From NCBI RefSeq assembly GCF_913775715.1, contig NZ_CAJYMC010000001.1: DNA of 32,000 nucleotides, one strand, 5' to 3'. The notes below the pieces were generated by a model that made no database searches, was not told the origin of the DNA, and saw only the letters and a program-made list of their open reading frames with translations. The stretch comes from an uncultured Exiguobacterium sp. (GTDB taxonomy: Bacteria > Bacillota > Bacilli > Exiguobacteriales > Exiguobacteriaceae). The position numbers and the translations under genes were made by a program. Positions 1-8,739 of the stretch are shown here, in pieces (position 1 is the stretch's first letter; each line of letters opens with the position of its first letter).

Positions 1-30
1 GTCGCAAATCTACAATAAAGGAACGAGCCT

Positions 31-852
31 ATGGGAATCGAACTCTTAAAACAAGAACATTATCGTATTTTTGATCAAACGTCACTCGGAACTGCTTTCC
101 ATGCGACACAATCGTTTGCGATGGACGACACATTATGTGCTTCCGTCGCAAACGAAGGAGCCGCACTCCGCTCTTGGATTCACCACGAAACCGTCGTCCT
201 CGGCATTCAGGATGCCCGTCTTCCCCATCTTGCTGACGGCGTAGCCGTGTTGCACGAACATGGATTTTCACCCGTCGTCCGTAATTCAGGTGGTCTTGCC
301 GTCGTCCTTGATGCCGGTGTCTTGAATATTTCACTTGTCCTACCGGAACGCGGTGGCATCGATATCGACAGTGGTTACGAAGCGATGCTTGCGCTCGTCC
401 GCCATATGTTCGCGCAAGAAACAGACGCGATCGTCGCTGGTGAAGTCGTCGGATCGTATTGTCCCGGTTCTTATGACTTGTCGATTGCCGGTAAAAAATT
501 CGCCGGTATCTCGCAACGTCGTGTTCGTGGCGGAGTCGCTGTCCAAATCTACCTTTGTGTCACCGGAAGTGGAAGTCAACGCGCCGCTTTAGTCCGTGAC
601 TTTTACGCGGCAGCGCTTCGAGGTGAGACAACGAAGTTCGTCTATCCGACCGTCGTGCCGGAAACGATGGCGTCACTCGAGGAACTGCTTGGTATTTCCT
701 TGACGGTCGAGGAGTGCTTACGTCGTGCGTATGAAGCGTTACTTGCGCTCGGCGCTGATTTGACACCCGCGACGTTGACGGAGCTCGAGAACGAGCGTTT
801 CGGTGTCAATCTAAGCCGGATGCTTGATCGAAACGAAAAAGCCCTAGGTTAA
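31..852 (+). CDS. lipL: Octanoyl-[GcvH]:protein N-octanoyltransferase / lipoate-protein ligase family protein (LipL-like)
   Basis: 273-aa ORF with BPL/LplA/LipB-type motifs ([30 protein letters not shown]). Its size and N-terminus resemble B. subtilis LipL (YwfL) rather than the ~330-aa LplJ. AAAGGA lies 8 nt upstream of the ATG. Confidence 0.7.
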   Translation: MGIELLKQEHYRIFDQTSLGTAFHATQSFAMDDTLCASVANEGAALRSWIHHETVVLGIQDARLPHLADGVAVLHEHGFSPVVRNSGGLAVVLDAGVLNISLVLPERGGIDIDSGYEAMLALVRHMFAQETDAIVAGEVVGSYCPGSYDLSIAGKKFAGISQRRVRGGVAVQIYLCVTGSGSQRAALVRDFYAAALRGETTKFVYPTVVPETMASLEELLGISLTVEECLRRAYEALLALGADLTPATLTELENERFGVNLSRMLDRNEKALG

Positions 853-868
853 GAAAGGAGAGAACGTG

Positions 869-1717
869 ATGATCCGATTGATCACAGACAGTGGTGCTGA
901 TGCACCAAAAGACATGTTAGATGCTTATGATTTTACGATCATGCCATTCGGCGTATTGATCGACGAAGACACGTTCTTCGATGGAGAATCGATATCTCCG
1001 AAACAACTGTATGATAAGATGCGTGACGGTGCAGCGCCGAAGACATTCCAGGTCGAAGTCAGCCGCATGGTCGAAGTGTTCACGCGTCACTTCGAGCAAG
1101 GGGATCCCTTCCTCTATCTCGCATTCTCAAGCGAATTATCGGGAACGTACCAAACCGCGAAGATGCTTGCGGAAGAATTTGCGGAAAAGTATCCGAATGT
1201 TCCTTATCTTGTACTCGATACGAAAACCGCTTCAACAGGACAAGGATTGTTCGTTCTCGATGTCGCAGAATATGCGAAGACACATTCGTTTGAAGAAACA
1301 GCGGCTTACGCTGAAGCCAAAGTGAATACGATTCGCCACCTCTTCACAGTGGAAACACTTGAATACTTGATGCGCGGTGGACGGGTTTCGCGAGCTAGCG
1401 CCTTCATTGGTGGTCTCTTATCGATCTTGCCACTGTTGACAGTCGAAGACGGGAAGTTGATTCCAAAAGAAAAGATCCGTGGTCAGAAAAAAGTCATGAA
1501 CCGGATCGTCGAGTGGATGGAAGAAGCACGTCCAGCGATTGACGGACATCGAATCATGATTGGTCATGGGGATTCGATCGAACGGGCAGAACAGTTAAAA
1601 CAATTGATTGAAGCACAGTTTTCACCAAGTGAAGTCATCTTGACGATCGCCGGCGCAGCGATCGGTTCACATACTGGACCGGGACTCGTCGTCATTGGGT
1701 ACGACCTACCACGTTAA
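869..1717 (+). CDS. DegV family (fatty-acid-binding) protein
   Basis: ORF with the N-terminal ITDSGAD motif, and the length and pattern typical of the DegV/EDD fold. ATG 869 (GGAG 8 nt upstream) is preferred over the track's GTG 866. Confidence 0.85.
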   Translation: MIRLITDSGADAPKDMLDAYDFTIMPFGVLIDEDTFFDGESISPKQLYDKMRDGAAPKTFQVEVSRMVEVFTRHFEQGDPFLYLAFSSELSGTYQTAKMLAEEFAEKYPNVPYLVLDTKTASTGQGLFVLDVAEYAKTHSFEETAAYAEAKVNTIRHLFTVETLEYLMRGGRVSRASAFIGGLLSILPLLTVEDGKLIPKEKIRGQKKVMNRIVEWMEEARPAIDGHRIMIGHGDSIERAEQLKQLIEAQFSPSEVILTIAGAAIGSHTGPGLVVIGYDLPR

Positions 1718-1740
1718 CAGCATTCATTATTCCTTTATTT

Positions 1741-1780
1741 AAAACGGGACAGACTCGGTTAAGAGTCCGTCCCGTTTTTT
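1741..1780. terminator. Bidirectional rho-independent terminator (degV on +, flotillin operon on -)
   Basis: ACGGGACAGACTC / GAGTCCGTCCCGT form a 13-bp stem with one mismatch. The stem is flanked by AAAA on the left and TTTTTT on the right. Confidence 0.75.
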
Positions 1781-1994
1781 AGGAATTATAGCCGAAGAAC
1801 AACAGTGCCACGCTTAAACCGAGTGAGGAGACGATGAACACGATCGCCATCCCACCCATTCCAAGGACCAGCATCTTCGGTAAATCATTTCGCTTCTTTA
1901 GAAGGGCTGTCAATAACCCGACGTTGATTAAGAAGACGACAACGAACGGGAGCAACAGCATCCAACGATCTTGCAGTAGAGCTAAACCATCCAT
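1779..1994 (-). CDS. Hypothetical small membrane protein (about 71 aa, two hydrophobic segments)
   Basis: ORF-track entry 1779..2012 starts at TTG with no SD. The internal ATG at 1994 has AAAGGA 9 nt upstream. The protein is strongly hydrophobic. It lies between floT and the terminator, so it is probably co-transcribed. No family was recognised. Confidence 0.4.
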   Translation of the reverse strand: MDGLALLQDRWMLLLPFVVVFLINVGLLTALLKKRNDLPKMLVLGMGGMAIVFIVSSLGLSVALLFFGYNS

Positions 1995-2043
1995 GATGAG
2001 ATATCCTTTCAAAAACTACTTCTACTAATGCCTAGTAATTATA

Positions 2044-3564
2044 TCAGTCTTCTGTTTTTGACGCTGCCACCGCATCATGGGAATTCAAGTTGACTGTCAA
2101 CGGTTTTGCTGTCCCTTTACCAGAGAAGTTCTCGATCAACTCTTTGACATCTAGTCCGGACGACGCTTTTAACGTCTCTTGCAGTGATGCCATCAAATCC
2201 GTTGCGTAACCGGTGACACGGTTCGCGCCGCCACCTTCGCCGCTACCTGTATCAACGACCGTGATTTTATCGATATTGCCGAGTGGTGCCGCAATCTCTT
2301 TCGCGTACTCTGGCATCATGCGAATGACCATGTCGAGAATCGCTGCTTGTCCGAATTGTTCGAACGCCTGCGCGATTTTTTCTTTCGCTTCTGCTTCGGC
2401 AAGACCCTTCAGACGAATGATATCCGCTTCTGTTTCCCCTTGTGCCCGCTCCGCGTCCGCTTTCGCAAGACCATCCAAACGAATTCGTTCTGCATCCGCT
2501 TTTGCCGATGCCTCAATCCGGTATTTCGTTGCGTCCGCTTCCGCATATTGCTTCGCACGGTCCGCTTGGGCCGCTTGCTCGATTGAGTAACGATCCGCGT
2601 CAGCGCGTTTTTTGACTTCCGCATCGTATTGTTTCTCACGACGGAGAATTTCGCGTTCTTCGAGCTCGATTTGTTTTTGACGCTCGATGATTTTGATTTG
2701 CATCTGTTGCTCGGTGACTTCTTGTTGCGCGCGTGCATTCTCAAGATCATACGCTTGGTCGGCTTTCGCCTTCGCGATATCTTGTTCACGGCGGTAATCT
2801 GCCATCTTCAACTGATTTTCTTTTTCCGCTTCAGCGATCTCTGTTGCGCGCTCAAGTTCTGCTTTTTTCGCATCTTTTGAAGCTTCCGCTCGTTTGATCC
2901 GTGTCTCTTTTTCCGCGTCCGCGGTTGCGATGTCCGCATCACGGCGAACCTGTGCGATCCGTGGTTTCCCGAGTGATTCTAAGTATCCGTTTTTGTCACG
3001 GACGTCTTTGATGGTAAATGAAACGATGACGAGTCCCATCTTCGCCAAGTCTTGAGACGCGACCCGCTGGACTTCTTGCGAGAATTTATCACGGTTCTTA
3101 TAAATTTCTTCGACGGTCATCGAACCGAGAATCGAACGTAAATGCCCTTCAAGGACTTCACGCGCTTCCCCTTCACGCTCTTCTTTTGATTTTCCGAGGA
3201 ACTGCTCCGCTGCCGTCGCAATTTCAGAAATCGAACTGCCAATCTTAATGATCGCTGTTCCGTCTGCCATGACTGGTACACCTTGTTCCGTGTAGACTTC
3301 TGGTGTCGTGACTTCGAGTTTACTCGATAACAAACTCAGTGGTGTTGCTTGTTGAAAGACAGGTAACACGAACGTCCCGCCACCGCGAATGATCTTCACG
3401 CGGTTGCCGGACTCATCCGTATTGACGTTACGTCCACCGAGATAACTACCGGATACGATCAACGCTTCCTCCGGACCTACCGTCCGGTACTTCGTGATGA
3501 ACAAAACGATCAAGGCAACGATCAAAGCGACCGCGATGATCGATACGATTAACACTGGATTCAT
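2044..3564 (-). CDS. floT: Flotillin (SPFH/band-7 family), FloT/YuaG-like
   Basis: N-terminal TM segment, an SPFH domain, then a long E/A/K-rich coiled coil. The length (~506 aa) and the upstream NfeD partner match B. subtilis yuaF-floT. The start is ATG 3564 (MNPV...), with AAAGGAG 8 nt upstream. It overlaps the nfeD stop by ATGA. Confidence 0.9.
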   Translation of the reverse strand: MNPVLIVSIIAVALIVALIVLFITKYRTVGPEEALIVSGSYLGGRNVNTDESGNRVKIIRGGGTFVLPVFQQATPLSLLSSKLEVTTPEVYTEQGVPVMADGTAIIKIGSSISEIATAAEQFLGKSKEEREGEAREVLEGHLRSILGSMTVEEIYKNRDKFSQEVQRVASQDLAKMGLVIVSFTIKDVRDKNGYLESLGKPRIAQVRRDADIATADAEKETRIKRAEASKDAKKAELERATEIAEAEKENQLKMADYRREQDIAKAKADQAYDLENARAQQEVTEQQMQIKIIERQKQIELEEREILRREKQYDAEVKKRADADRYSIEQAAQADRAKQYAEADATKYRIEASAKADAERIRLDGLAKADAERAQGETEADIIRLKGLAEAEAKEKIAQAFEQFGQAAILDMVIRMMPEYAKEIAAPLGNIDKITVVDTGSGEGGGANRVTGYATDLMASLQETLKASSGLDVKELIENFSGKGTAKPLTVNLNSHDAVAASKTED

Positions 3565-4082
3565 AAAAACATCTCCTTTTTCCATTGTTGGGGGTACGTC
3601 ATGACAGATGCGACCCCTTGTTTGATCTCAATGACGAGCACCTTCGTGCCTTGTGGTAAAGCAGGACCTTCAAACAAAACGGCTGACTTTGATACGCGTC
3701 CTGAGACGTCATCGAGTAAGATTTCACCATACCCTTCAGTCGGAATCGGCACGATGACGGTTGCGCTGCGTCCTTCTAGCATCTGTTCCGAAAAACCAAG
3801 TGACTGCTCGGCTTGCGCCATCGGAACGAATAAAAAGATATGCATCAGCGTCGTCACTAATAACGCGATGACACTACTGATGATTAAAATTAATATTGAA
3901 CCAAGTGGACTGAGCTGCTCGAGACCGAAGCCGATTGCTGACGTGATGATGACAAAAGATAAGATCAACGTGGGATGGAAAATTTGATCGACACCGGGAA
4001 TGACATCTGAGAATAGGATGGACACAAACACACCACACGCCGCGGCCGCCAATGCATATAAATAAAATGTACTAACGTCCAT
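3561..4082 (-). CDS. NfeD-family membrane protein (YuaF-like flotillin partner)
   Basis: 173 aa. The N-terminal half has 3-4 TM segments, and the C-terminal soluble domain is OB-like (GRSATVIVPI...GEILLDD...KVLVIEIKQGVASV), typical of NfeD. It is translationally coupled to floT. GAGGTGA SD. Confidence 0.8.
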   Translation of the reverse strand: MDVSTFYLYALAAAACGVFVSILFSDVIPGVDQIFHPTLILSFVIITSAIGFGLEQLSPLGSILILIISSVIALLVTTLMHIFLFVPMAQAEQSLGFSEQMLEGRSATVIVPIPTEGYGEILLDDVSGRVSKSAVLFEGPALPQGTKVLVIEIKQGVASVMTYPQQWKKEMFL

Positions 4083-4299
4083 CTTCGTTCACCTCGATGT
4101 AAGGATGGGAACCATACAGTTCGTGATAAGCTTGCTGATACGCAGTCCGATTCTCCTCATACAATAAACGAGCCAACTCTTTATCTCGTTGATCAGTCGC
4201 TTCTTCTTGACGACGTAAGTATTTTTTTTGCGCGGCAAAATGACGTGCTAATCTTGCTTCGATCGACGGTTCTCGTTCACGCGGCAACTCCTGTTTCAT
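4072..4299 (-). CDS. Hypothetical small, highly charged protein (75 aa), first gene of the flotillin operon
   Basis: Strong SD (AAAGGAG, 7-nt spacer, ATG). An 11-nt overlap with the nfeD start indicates coupling. No family was recognised. Confidence 0.5.
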   Translation of the reverse strand: MKQELPREREPSIEARLARHFAAQKKYLRRQEEATDQRDKELARLLYEENRTAYQQAYHELYGSHPYIEVNEDGR

Positions 4300-4339
4300 C
4301 GCTCCACTCCTTTCTGAAGTACTGGCTTTCCTCCTGTTC

Positions 4340-4366
4340 TACGCAAATCATCTAGAAAATGTTTCA
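4340..4366 (-). promoter_or_regulatory. Candidate ECF-sigma (SigW-type) promoter for the flotillin operon
   Basis: The minus strand reads TGAAAC-(17 nt)-CGTAGA about 40 nt upstream of the 75-aa ORF. The B. subtilis SigW consensus, as I recall it, is TGAAAC-N16-CGTA, and yuaF-floT is in the SigW regulon. The spacer here is one nt longer than the recalled consensus. Confidence 0.4.
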
Positions 4367-4398
4367 AAATGAAATCCATTTCTTTTCCTTTCATTAAA

Positions 4399-4436
4399 TA
4401 AAAAACGCTTGTCGCCTAAGTGGGACAAACGTTTTT
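4399..4436. terminator. Rho-independent terminator downstream of the HD-MFS operon
   Basis: AACGCTTGTC / GACAAACGTT form a 10-bp stem with one mismatch. A-run on the left and T-run on the right, so a U-tract is present on both strands. Confidence 0.7.
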
Positions 4437-4449
4437 GACTAACGAATAT

Positions 4450-5652
4450 TTATGAGCGGTTCGGTCGTCGAACGATCAGTCCGTAATAAAGGATGAGCGC
4501 CAGACAATCGAGTGTCATGATGATCAGACCCATCGGAACAGCCGATTGCTCTCCCATGATGCCGACAAGTGGTGACACGAGCGAACCGACGAGCATCGGT
4601 AAAAGTCCAAGGAGTGCCGAAGCACTTCCAGCCGTTGCTCCGTAATTTTGCATCGCTAAGGTAAAACCAAGCGTTGAGATCAATCCGACGCTTGAGACGA
4701 CGAAAAACAGAGGAATCATGACGAAAATCAACTGATCCGTTAACGTCAAAGCGAGGAACAATAAGATACTCGCACTCGCAACGATCGTCAAACTGATTCG
4801 CATCAGCCGCTCTGAATCGACACGACCAGCAAGACGACCGGCGATTTGAGCTGCTAAGATGATTCCGATTCCGTTTAAGCCGAACAAAAAACTGAACTGT
4901 TGCGGCGAAGCGCCATAAATATTTTGTAAGACGAACGGGGAACCGGAAATGTAGGCAAACATCGCACCCATGACGAATGCTTGCGCGAACGCATAGCCGA
5001 TGAAGACACGGTCCGCTAACAAGCGTCCGAACGTCTTCAACGTTGTCGTCAGATTTCCTTCAACGCGTCTCTCGAGCGGGAGTGTTTCCGGTAAACGTAG
5101 CGCAACCGCAAGTAACATCAACGTACTTAAAATCGCCAGTAAGTAAAAGACGAAATGCCAATCGCCGAACCGGAGGAGTTGTCCACCAATGACGGGTGCG
5201 AGAATCGGCGCTGTTCCGTTAACGAGTGACAAGGCAGCAAAGAACCGTGTCAATTCAGGTCCTTCGAATAGGTCACGAACGATTGCCCGGGAAATGACGA
5301 TACCCGACGCTCCAGCTGCCCCTTGGATGAAGCGAAGCGCGATCAACACTTCAATCGTCGGTGCCATCGCACAAGCAAGAGAAGCCAGCAGATAGGCAAG
5401 TAAGGCGAGCATCAACGGTCGTTTACGACCGCGAACGTCACTGAGCGGACCAACAATCAATTGTCCGAGCGCCATTCCAAGCATACAAGCCGTCAAACTC
5501 AATTGGATTAGTGATGCACTTGCGTCAAACGAGCGCGACATATCTGGAAAAGCAGGTAGATACATGTCGATCGAGAGCGGTCCGAGTGCAGCGAGTGAAC
5601 CGAGGATCAAGATCAACGTCAAACGGCGTGGTGTCATCGTCGTCTTCGTCAT
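4450..5652 (-). CDS. MFS transporter, Bcr/CflA drug-efflux subfamily
   Basis: 400 aa, ~12 TM segments. The N-terminal signature LGSLAALGPLSIDMYLPAFPDM and the GPLSDVRGRKRP loop are typical of Bcr/CflA. The start overlaps the upstream HD gene stop by ATGA. Confidence 0.85.
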   Translation of the reverse strand: MTKTTMTPRRLTLILILGSLAALGPLSIDMYLPAFPDMSRSFDASASLIQLSLTACMLGMALGQLIVGPLSDVRGRKRPLMLALLAYLLASLACAMAPTIEVLIALRFIQGAAGASGIVISRAIVRDLFEGPELTRFFAALSLVNGTAPILAPVIGGQLLRFGDWHFVFYLLAILSTLMLLAVALRLPETLPLERRVEGNLTTTLKTFGRLLADRVFIGYAFAQAFVMGAMFAYISGSPFVLQNIYGASPQQFSFLFGLNGIGIILAAQIAGRLAGRVDSERLMRISLTIVASASILLFLALTLTDQLIFVMIPLFFVVSSVGLISTLGFTLAMQNYGATAGSASALLGLLPMLVGSLVSPLVGIMGEQSAVPMGLIIMTLDCLALILYYGLIVRRPNRS

Positions 5653-6782
5653 GACGTCACGTAATCCAAATCATGCAAGACATAAGCGAGGAAAAAGACG
5701 ACCGATGGATTTTCATATGTCATCTGAACCTTTTTGAGTTGTGCCCGATAACCGGTTTCATACTCGACACCGTTTAGTTTACGTTCCATGTTCATCTTGA
5801 TCAACGCATCGAGTTTATCGATCACGTCGACCATTTGACCTTCATACGTCTCGTCTTTTGCTTCAACGACGAACCGACGGAACGGCGTTCGGATGTCTTC
5901 CGGTAAATTGTTGATCAATGTCTCGCCTTCTGCCCGTTCATAAGCTTCGAAGGCTGCCGCTGTGACCGGTGTCGCATGTTTGACAGGTCCAAGAACATCT
6001 CCCGTCGTTCCTTCGACGAGATCATGACACAACAAACGAGAGACGACTTCTTCGATATCGATCGTGACGTTGTATTTTTCCGATTCAATCAATCCATTGA
6101 AAATACCAAGCGAGGCTGCTCGAAACGCATGTGTCGCGTCGTTATCATCAATCGTGTTGAAACGCCCTTTCCAGCGCCGAATCGTATCCATCATCAAGAC
6201 ATTTTCAATGAAATGAGACATCTCGTCCTCTTCCATGACGGACTGCGTCAAGCGACGGACAGAAATAAGTGGGTGTCGTTCCAGAAAAGCCTGTAATTCC
6301 GCTGCTTTTTGTTCGAAAAAGACGGACTCTGTCATCCGCGCTTCCCGGCGCGCATACAACATCGCATCGAACGTATCGATGGCTTCGACGATTCGTCCTT
6401 CCGGTGAATCATCTTCCGCATGAACAAGATACGTCGTAAAGGCTGGTTGAAGCGACTTTGAGAGTAAGGCAACGAGCTGTTCACTTGCCTGTTGCTCCAT
6501 TGCCTGAATGTGCGCATGCAACGTTGGCTCTTTTTTCGTCCGGTGTTTGATCGGCCCCGTGATGACCTCGTTCATGTCATGGAACAAGGCTTTTCCGAGC
6601 AACGTCAGGCGATCGACTGGCGGTTGACCGTCTGCTTCTTCCAAATAGCTTGCCATCAAGCTGAATAAGGCGACACGAAAACTATGACTGGCTGCGTTAT
6701 CCGGAAAACGTGGTGCGTATTCATCCCAACGTGGAACGTTTTGCATCCGCGTCAACATGCGAATGAAATTACCGTTTTGCAT
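5649..6782 (-). CDS. Tandem-duplicated HD-domain phosphohydrolase (two YfbR-like 5'-nucleotidase-type HD modules)
   Basis: 377 aa. Both halves carry the pattern RW...DN.A(S/T)H(S/A)FR.A ... L..HD..E..TG....P(I/V)KH, so there are two H...HD motifs. AGGAGAG SD. Confidence 0.7.
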   Translation of the reverse strand: MQNGNFIRMLTRMQNVPRWDEYAPRFPDNAASHSFRVALFSLMASYLEEADGQPPVDRLTLLGKALFHDMNEVITGPIKHRTKKEPTLHAHIQAMEQQASEQLVALLSKSLQPAFTTYLVHAEDDSPEGRIVEAIDTFDAMLYARREARMTESVFFEQKAAELQAFLERHPLISVRRLTQSVMEEDEMSHFIENVLMMDTIRRWKGRFNTIDDNDATHAFRAASLGIFNGLIESEKYNVTIDIEEVVSRLLCHDLVEGTTGDVLGPVKHATPVTAAAFEAYERAEGETLINNLPEDIRTPFRRFVVEAKDETYEGQMVDVIDKLDALIKMNMERKLNGVEYETGYRAQLKKVQMTYENPSVVFFLAYVLHDLDYVTS

Positions 6783-6796
6783 AAAATCTCTCCTAA

Positions 6797-6827
6797 CGAA
6801 AGACGGGCAGAGAGTACCCTGCCCGTC
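6797..6827 (-). terminator. Hairpin / weak terminator between TerC-2 and the HD gene
   Basis: GACGGGCAG / CTGCCCGTC form a perfect 9-bp stem with an 8-nt loop. On the minus strand only TTTCGTT follows, which is a short U-tract. The hairpin sits directly upstream of the HD gene SD. Confidence 0.45.
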
Positions 6828-6833
6828 GTTGTA

Positions 6834-7598
6834 TTATTTTGCTGATTCACTAGAGCTGCTTCCACTTCGGAACCAACCAATGATCAGAATCAAGGCAAGG
6901 ACGACCCAGAAAATCGTCTGCCAAAGTGTACTCTCTGGAAACTCGTGCGGTAAGACGTCGATCGACGGATGCGCGAGTGTCATGACGACGAGTTTCACCC
7001 CAACCCATGCCACAAGCCAAAATGCTGCTTCTTCGATACCTGGTCGTTTTTGGAGCAAGACGACGAACCAGCTCGCGAAATAACGCATGATGACGAGCCC
7101 GATGATCCCACTGAAAAAGACAACCCAGAATTGTCCTGTATTCAGACCGCCGATCGTTCCACCGATCATCGGTAATGTCGTCGCCATCGCGACGGCAGCA
7201 AGCGTCGAGTCGACAGCGAACGCTAAGTCGGAGAATTCGACTTTAACGACTGTCCACCAAAAATTCGGCGACGCCTTTTGTGAAGCAATCGCGTCCGGTA
7301 CTTGATGTTTATTCGACCGTGCCTCGACGATTCCTTTAAATGCGACATAGAAGAGATAAATCGCCCCGAGTGCCTGAAGCTCCCAAATCGTCGCTAGATA
7401 CGAAGCAAAGAAAATTGCGACGAAACGTAAGACAAGTGCTCCGACGAGACCATAGAAAAGTGCTTTTTTACGTTGATCGTCCGGTAAAGGACGCACGAGC
7501 ACAGCCATGACCATCGCATTATCTGCAGAAAGTAACCCTTGCAAAATGATCAGTACGAGTCCGACGGTCGCATATTGCGTAATTAATCCAATATCCAT
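6834..7598 (-). CDS. TerC family integral membrane protein (paralogue 2)
   Basis: 254 aa with the TerC hallmarks LLSADNAMV, KKALFYGLVGALVLRF and EFSDLAFAVDS. It is clearly paralogous to the upstream gene. Confidence 0.85.
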   Translation of the reverse strand: MDIGLITQYATVGLVLIILQGLLSADNAMVMAVLVRPLPDDQRKKALFYGLVGALVLRFVAIFFASYLATIWELQALGAIYLFYVAFKGIVEARSNKHQVPDAIASQKASPNFWWTVVKVEFSDLAFAVDSTLAAVAMATTLPMIGGTIGGLNTGQFWVVFFSGIIGLVIMRYFASWFVVLLQKRPGIEEAAFWLVAWVGVKLVVMTLAHPSIDVLPHEFPESTLWQTIFWVVLALILIIGWFRSGSSSSESAK

Positions 7599-7753
7599 AC
7601 AAACGAATCCCCTTTTTTGTTCATTCTATTCATTATATGCCGGACATGAGGAAAGAAAAAGAGACCTGCTCTCCTTTTCAACTTCACTCTGTCTCTTATT
7701 CCCGCTGATTGAACAGATGTAACGTGCGCATCTTTCTTTCATACGCTACACAG

Positions 7754-7784
7754 AAAAAACGATCCGTCGAATGACGAATCGTTT
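7754..7784 (-). terminator. Rho-independent terminator after TerC paralogue 1
   Basis: The minus strand reads AAACGATTCGTC-ATTC-GACGGATCGTTT followed by TTTTCT. The stem is 12 bp including one G-U pair. Confidence 0.8.
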
Positions 7785-7791
7785 CAGTCGT

Positions 7792-8649
7792 TTACAGATT
7801 TTGATCGACTTTCTTCTCCGCATCTGGATTGGCTTTCGTCTTCGGTGACGAGAACCATCCCCAAAGTGCGAGACCGACCATGACTGTCCAGAAGAATGCC
7901 TGCCACGGTGTACTGTGAGCAAATCCTTCCGGAAGTTTTAAGGCTTCGAAGATCGTTCCCTCGATCGAAGCGTGGTATTTCGGGTGCTCGAGCGCAAGAA
8001 CGGCTAACTTCACACCGACCCAGGCGACGATTGCAAAGGCTGCGGTTTCAAGGCCTGGACGCTCTGCGAGCAACTTCACGAAGACACGTGCCGCGAAACG
8101 CATGAGGACTACCCCCATCAAACCACCTGTCAGGATAACGATAAAGTGACCGGTGTTCAAACCACCGATTTCGCCTGCTCCCCAGTCCGGAAGAGCAACG
8201 GCGAGTGCGACTGCAGCTAGAATCGAATCGACTGCGAACGCTAAGTCTGCGAATTCGATTTTTGCGACTGTCCGCCAAAATTCACCTTTTGAAACTGGTT
8301 CTTCTGACTTCGGTTCGGCATCGAGTTCATTTTCAGCGCCATGATTCTCACCGAGCTTTCTGGCTTTGACGGTCTTATAAATATGCCGTAGTCCCATGAC
8401 GAGCAAGTACGCCGCTCCAAGTGCTTGGATTTGCCAAATATCGACGAGGAACGAAATCGCGAACAATGCCGCGAATCGTAAGACGAACGCTCCAGCCAGT
8501 CCATAAAAAAGTGCTTTCTTTTGTTGTTCTCCTGGTAAGTGCTTGACCATGACCGCAAGTACGAGTGCATTATCCGCTGAAAGTAATCCTTCAAGCGCGA
8601 TCAAGACGAGTACGACCCAGGCATATTGAAGTAATAACTGCCAATCCAT
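7792..8649 (-). CDS. TerC family integral membrane protein (paralogue 1)
   Basis: Motifs LLSADNALV, KKALFYGLAGAFVLRF and EFADLAFAVDS. I prefer ATG 8649 (MDWQLLLQY..., AAAGGG 9 nt upstream, which aligns with the MDIGLITQY start of paralogue 2). The track start at 8658 has no spacer after the SD. Confidence 0.85.
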   Translation of the reverse strand: MDWQLLLQYAWVVLVLIALEGLLSADNALVLAVMVKHLPGEQQKKALFYGLAGAFVLRFAALFAISFLVDIWQIQALGAAYLLVMGLRHIYKTVKARKLGENHGAENELDAEPKSEEPVSKGEFWRTVAKIEFADLAFAVDSILAAVALAVALPDWGAGEIGGLNTGHFIVILTGGLMGVVLMRFAARVFVKLLAERPGLETAAFAIVAWVGVKLAVLALEHPKYHASIEGTIFEALKLPEGFAHSTPWQAFFWTVMVGLALWGWFSSPKTKANPDAEKKVDQNL

Positions 8650-8739
8650 TTCTGTCATCCCTTTCTCTGCCTATCTGTAAAATCAAAAATACATTGTATG
8701 ACTATGACAAAAACAATAATTACACGTTCACCTGAACAT

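Noticed and set aside
29-1325. Several short ORFs overlapping lipL and degV on either strand (for example 29..334, 335..592, 981..1325).
   Set aside because: They are embedded in well-supported genes, lack an SD, and have the biased composition typical of off-frame translation.
2213-2880. Four ORF-track entries (125, 79, 126 and 83 aa) inside or antisense to floT.
   Set aside because: They lie within the E/A/K/R-rich coiled-coil region of flotillin. The low-complexity repetitive codons keep alternative frames open. They have no SD and their composition is implausible (R/S/C/F-rich).
7599-7750. A possible yybP-ykoY (Mn) riboswitch upstream of TerC paralogue 2, prompted by AAAAGGAGAGCAGG resembling AAAGGGGAGUAG.
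   Set aside because: The other conserved halves (UUGACAUA, AGCAAGACC and the closing P1) are absent. The best -10 (TATAAT, 7637-7632) lies downstream of the motif, so it would not be transcribed. The TerC paralogue 1 leader (8650-8740) also lacks the motif.
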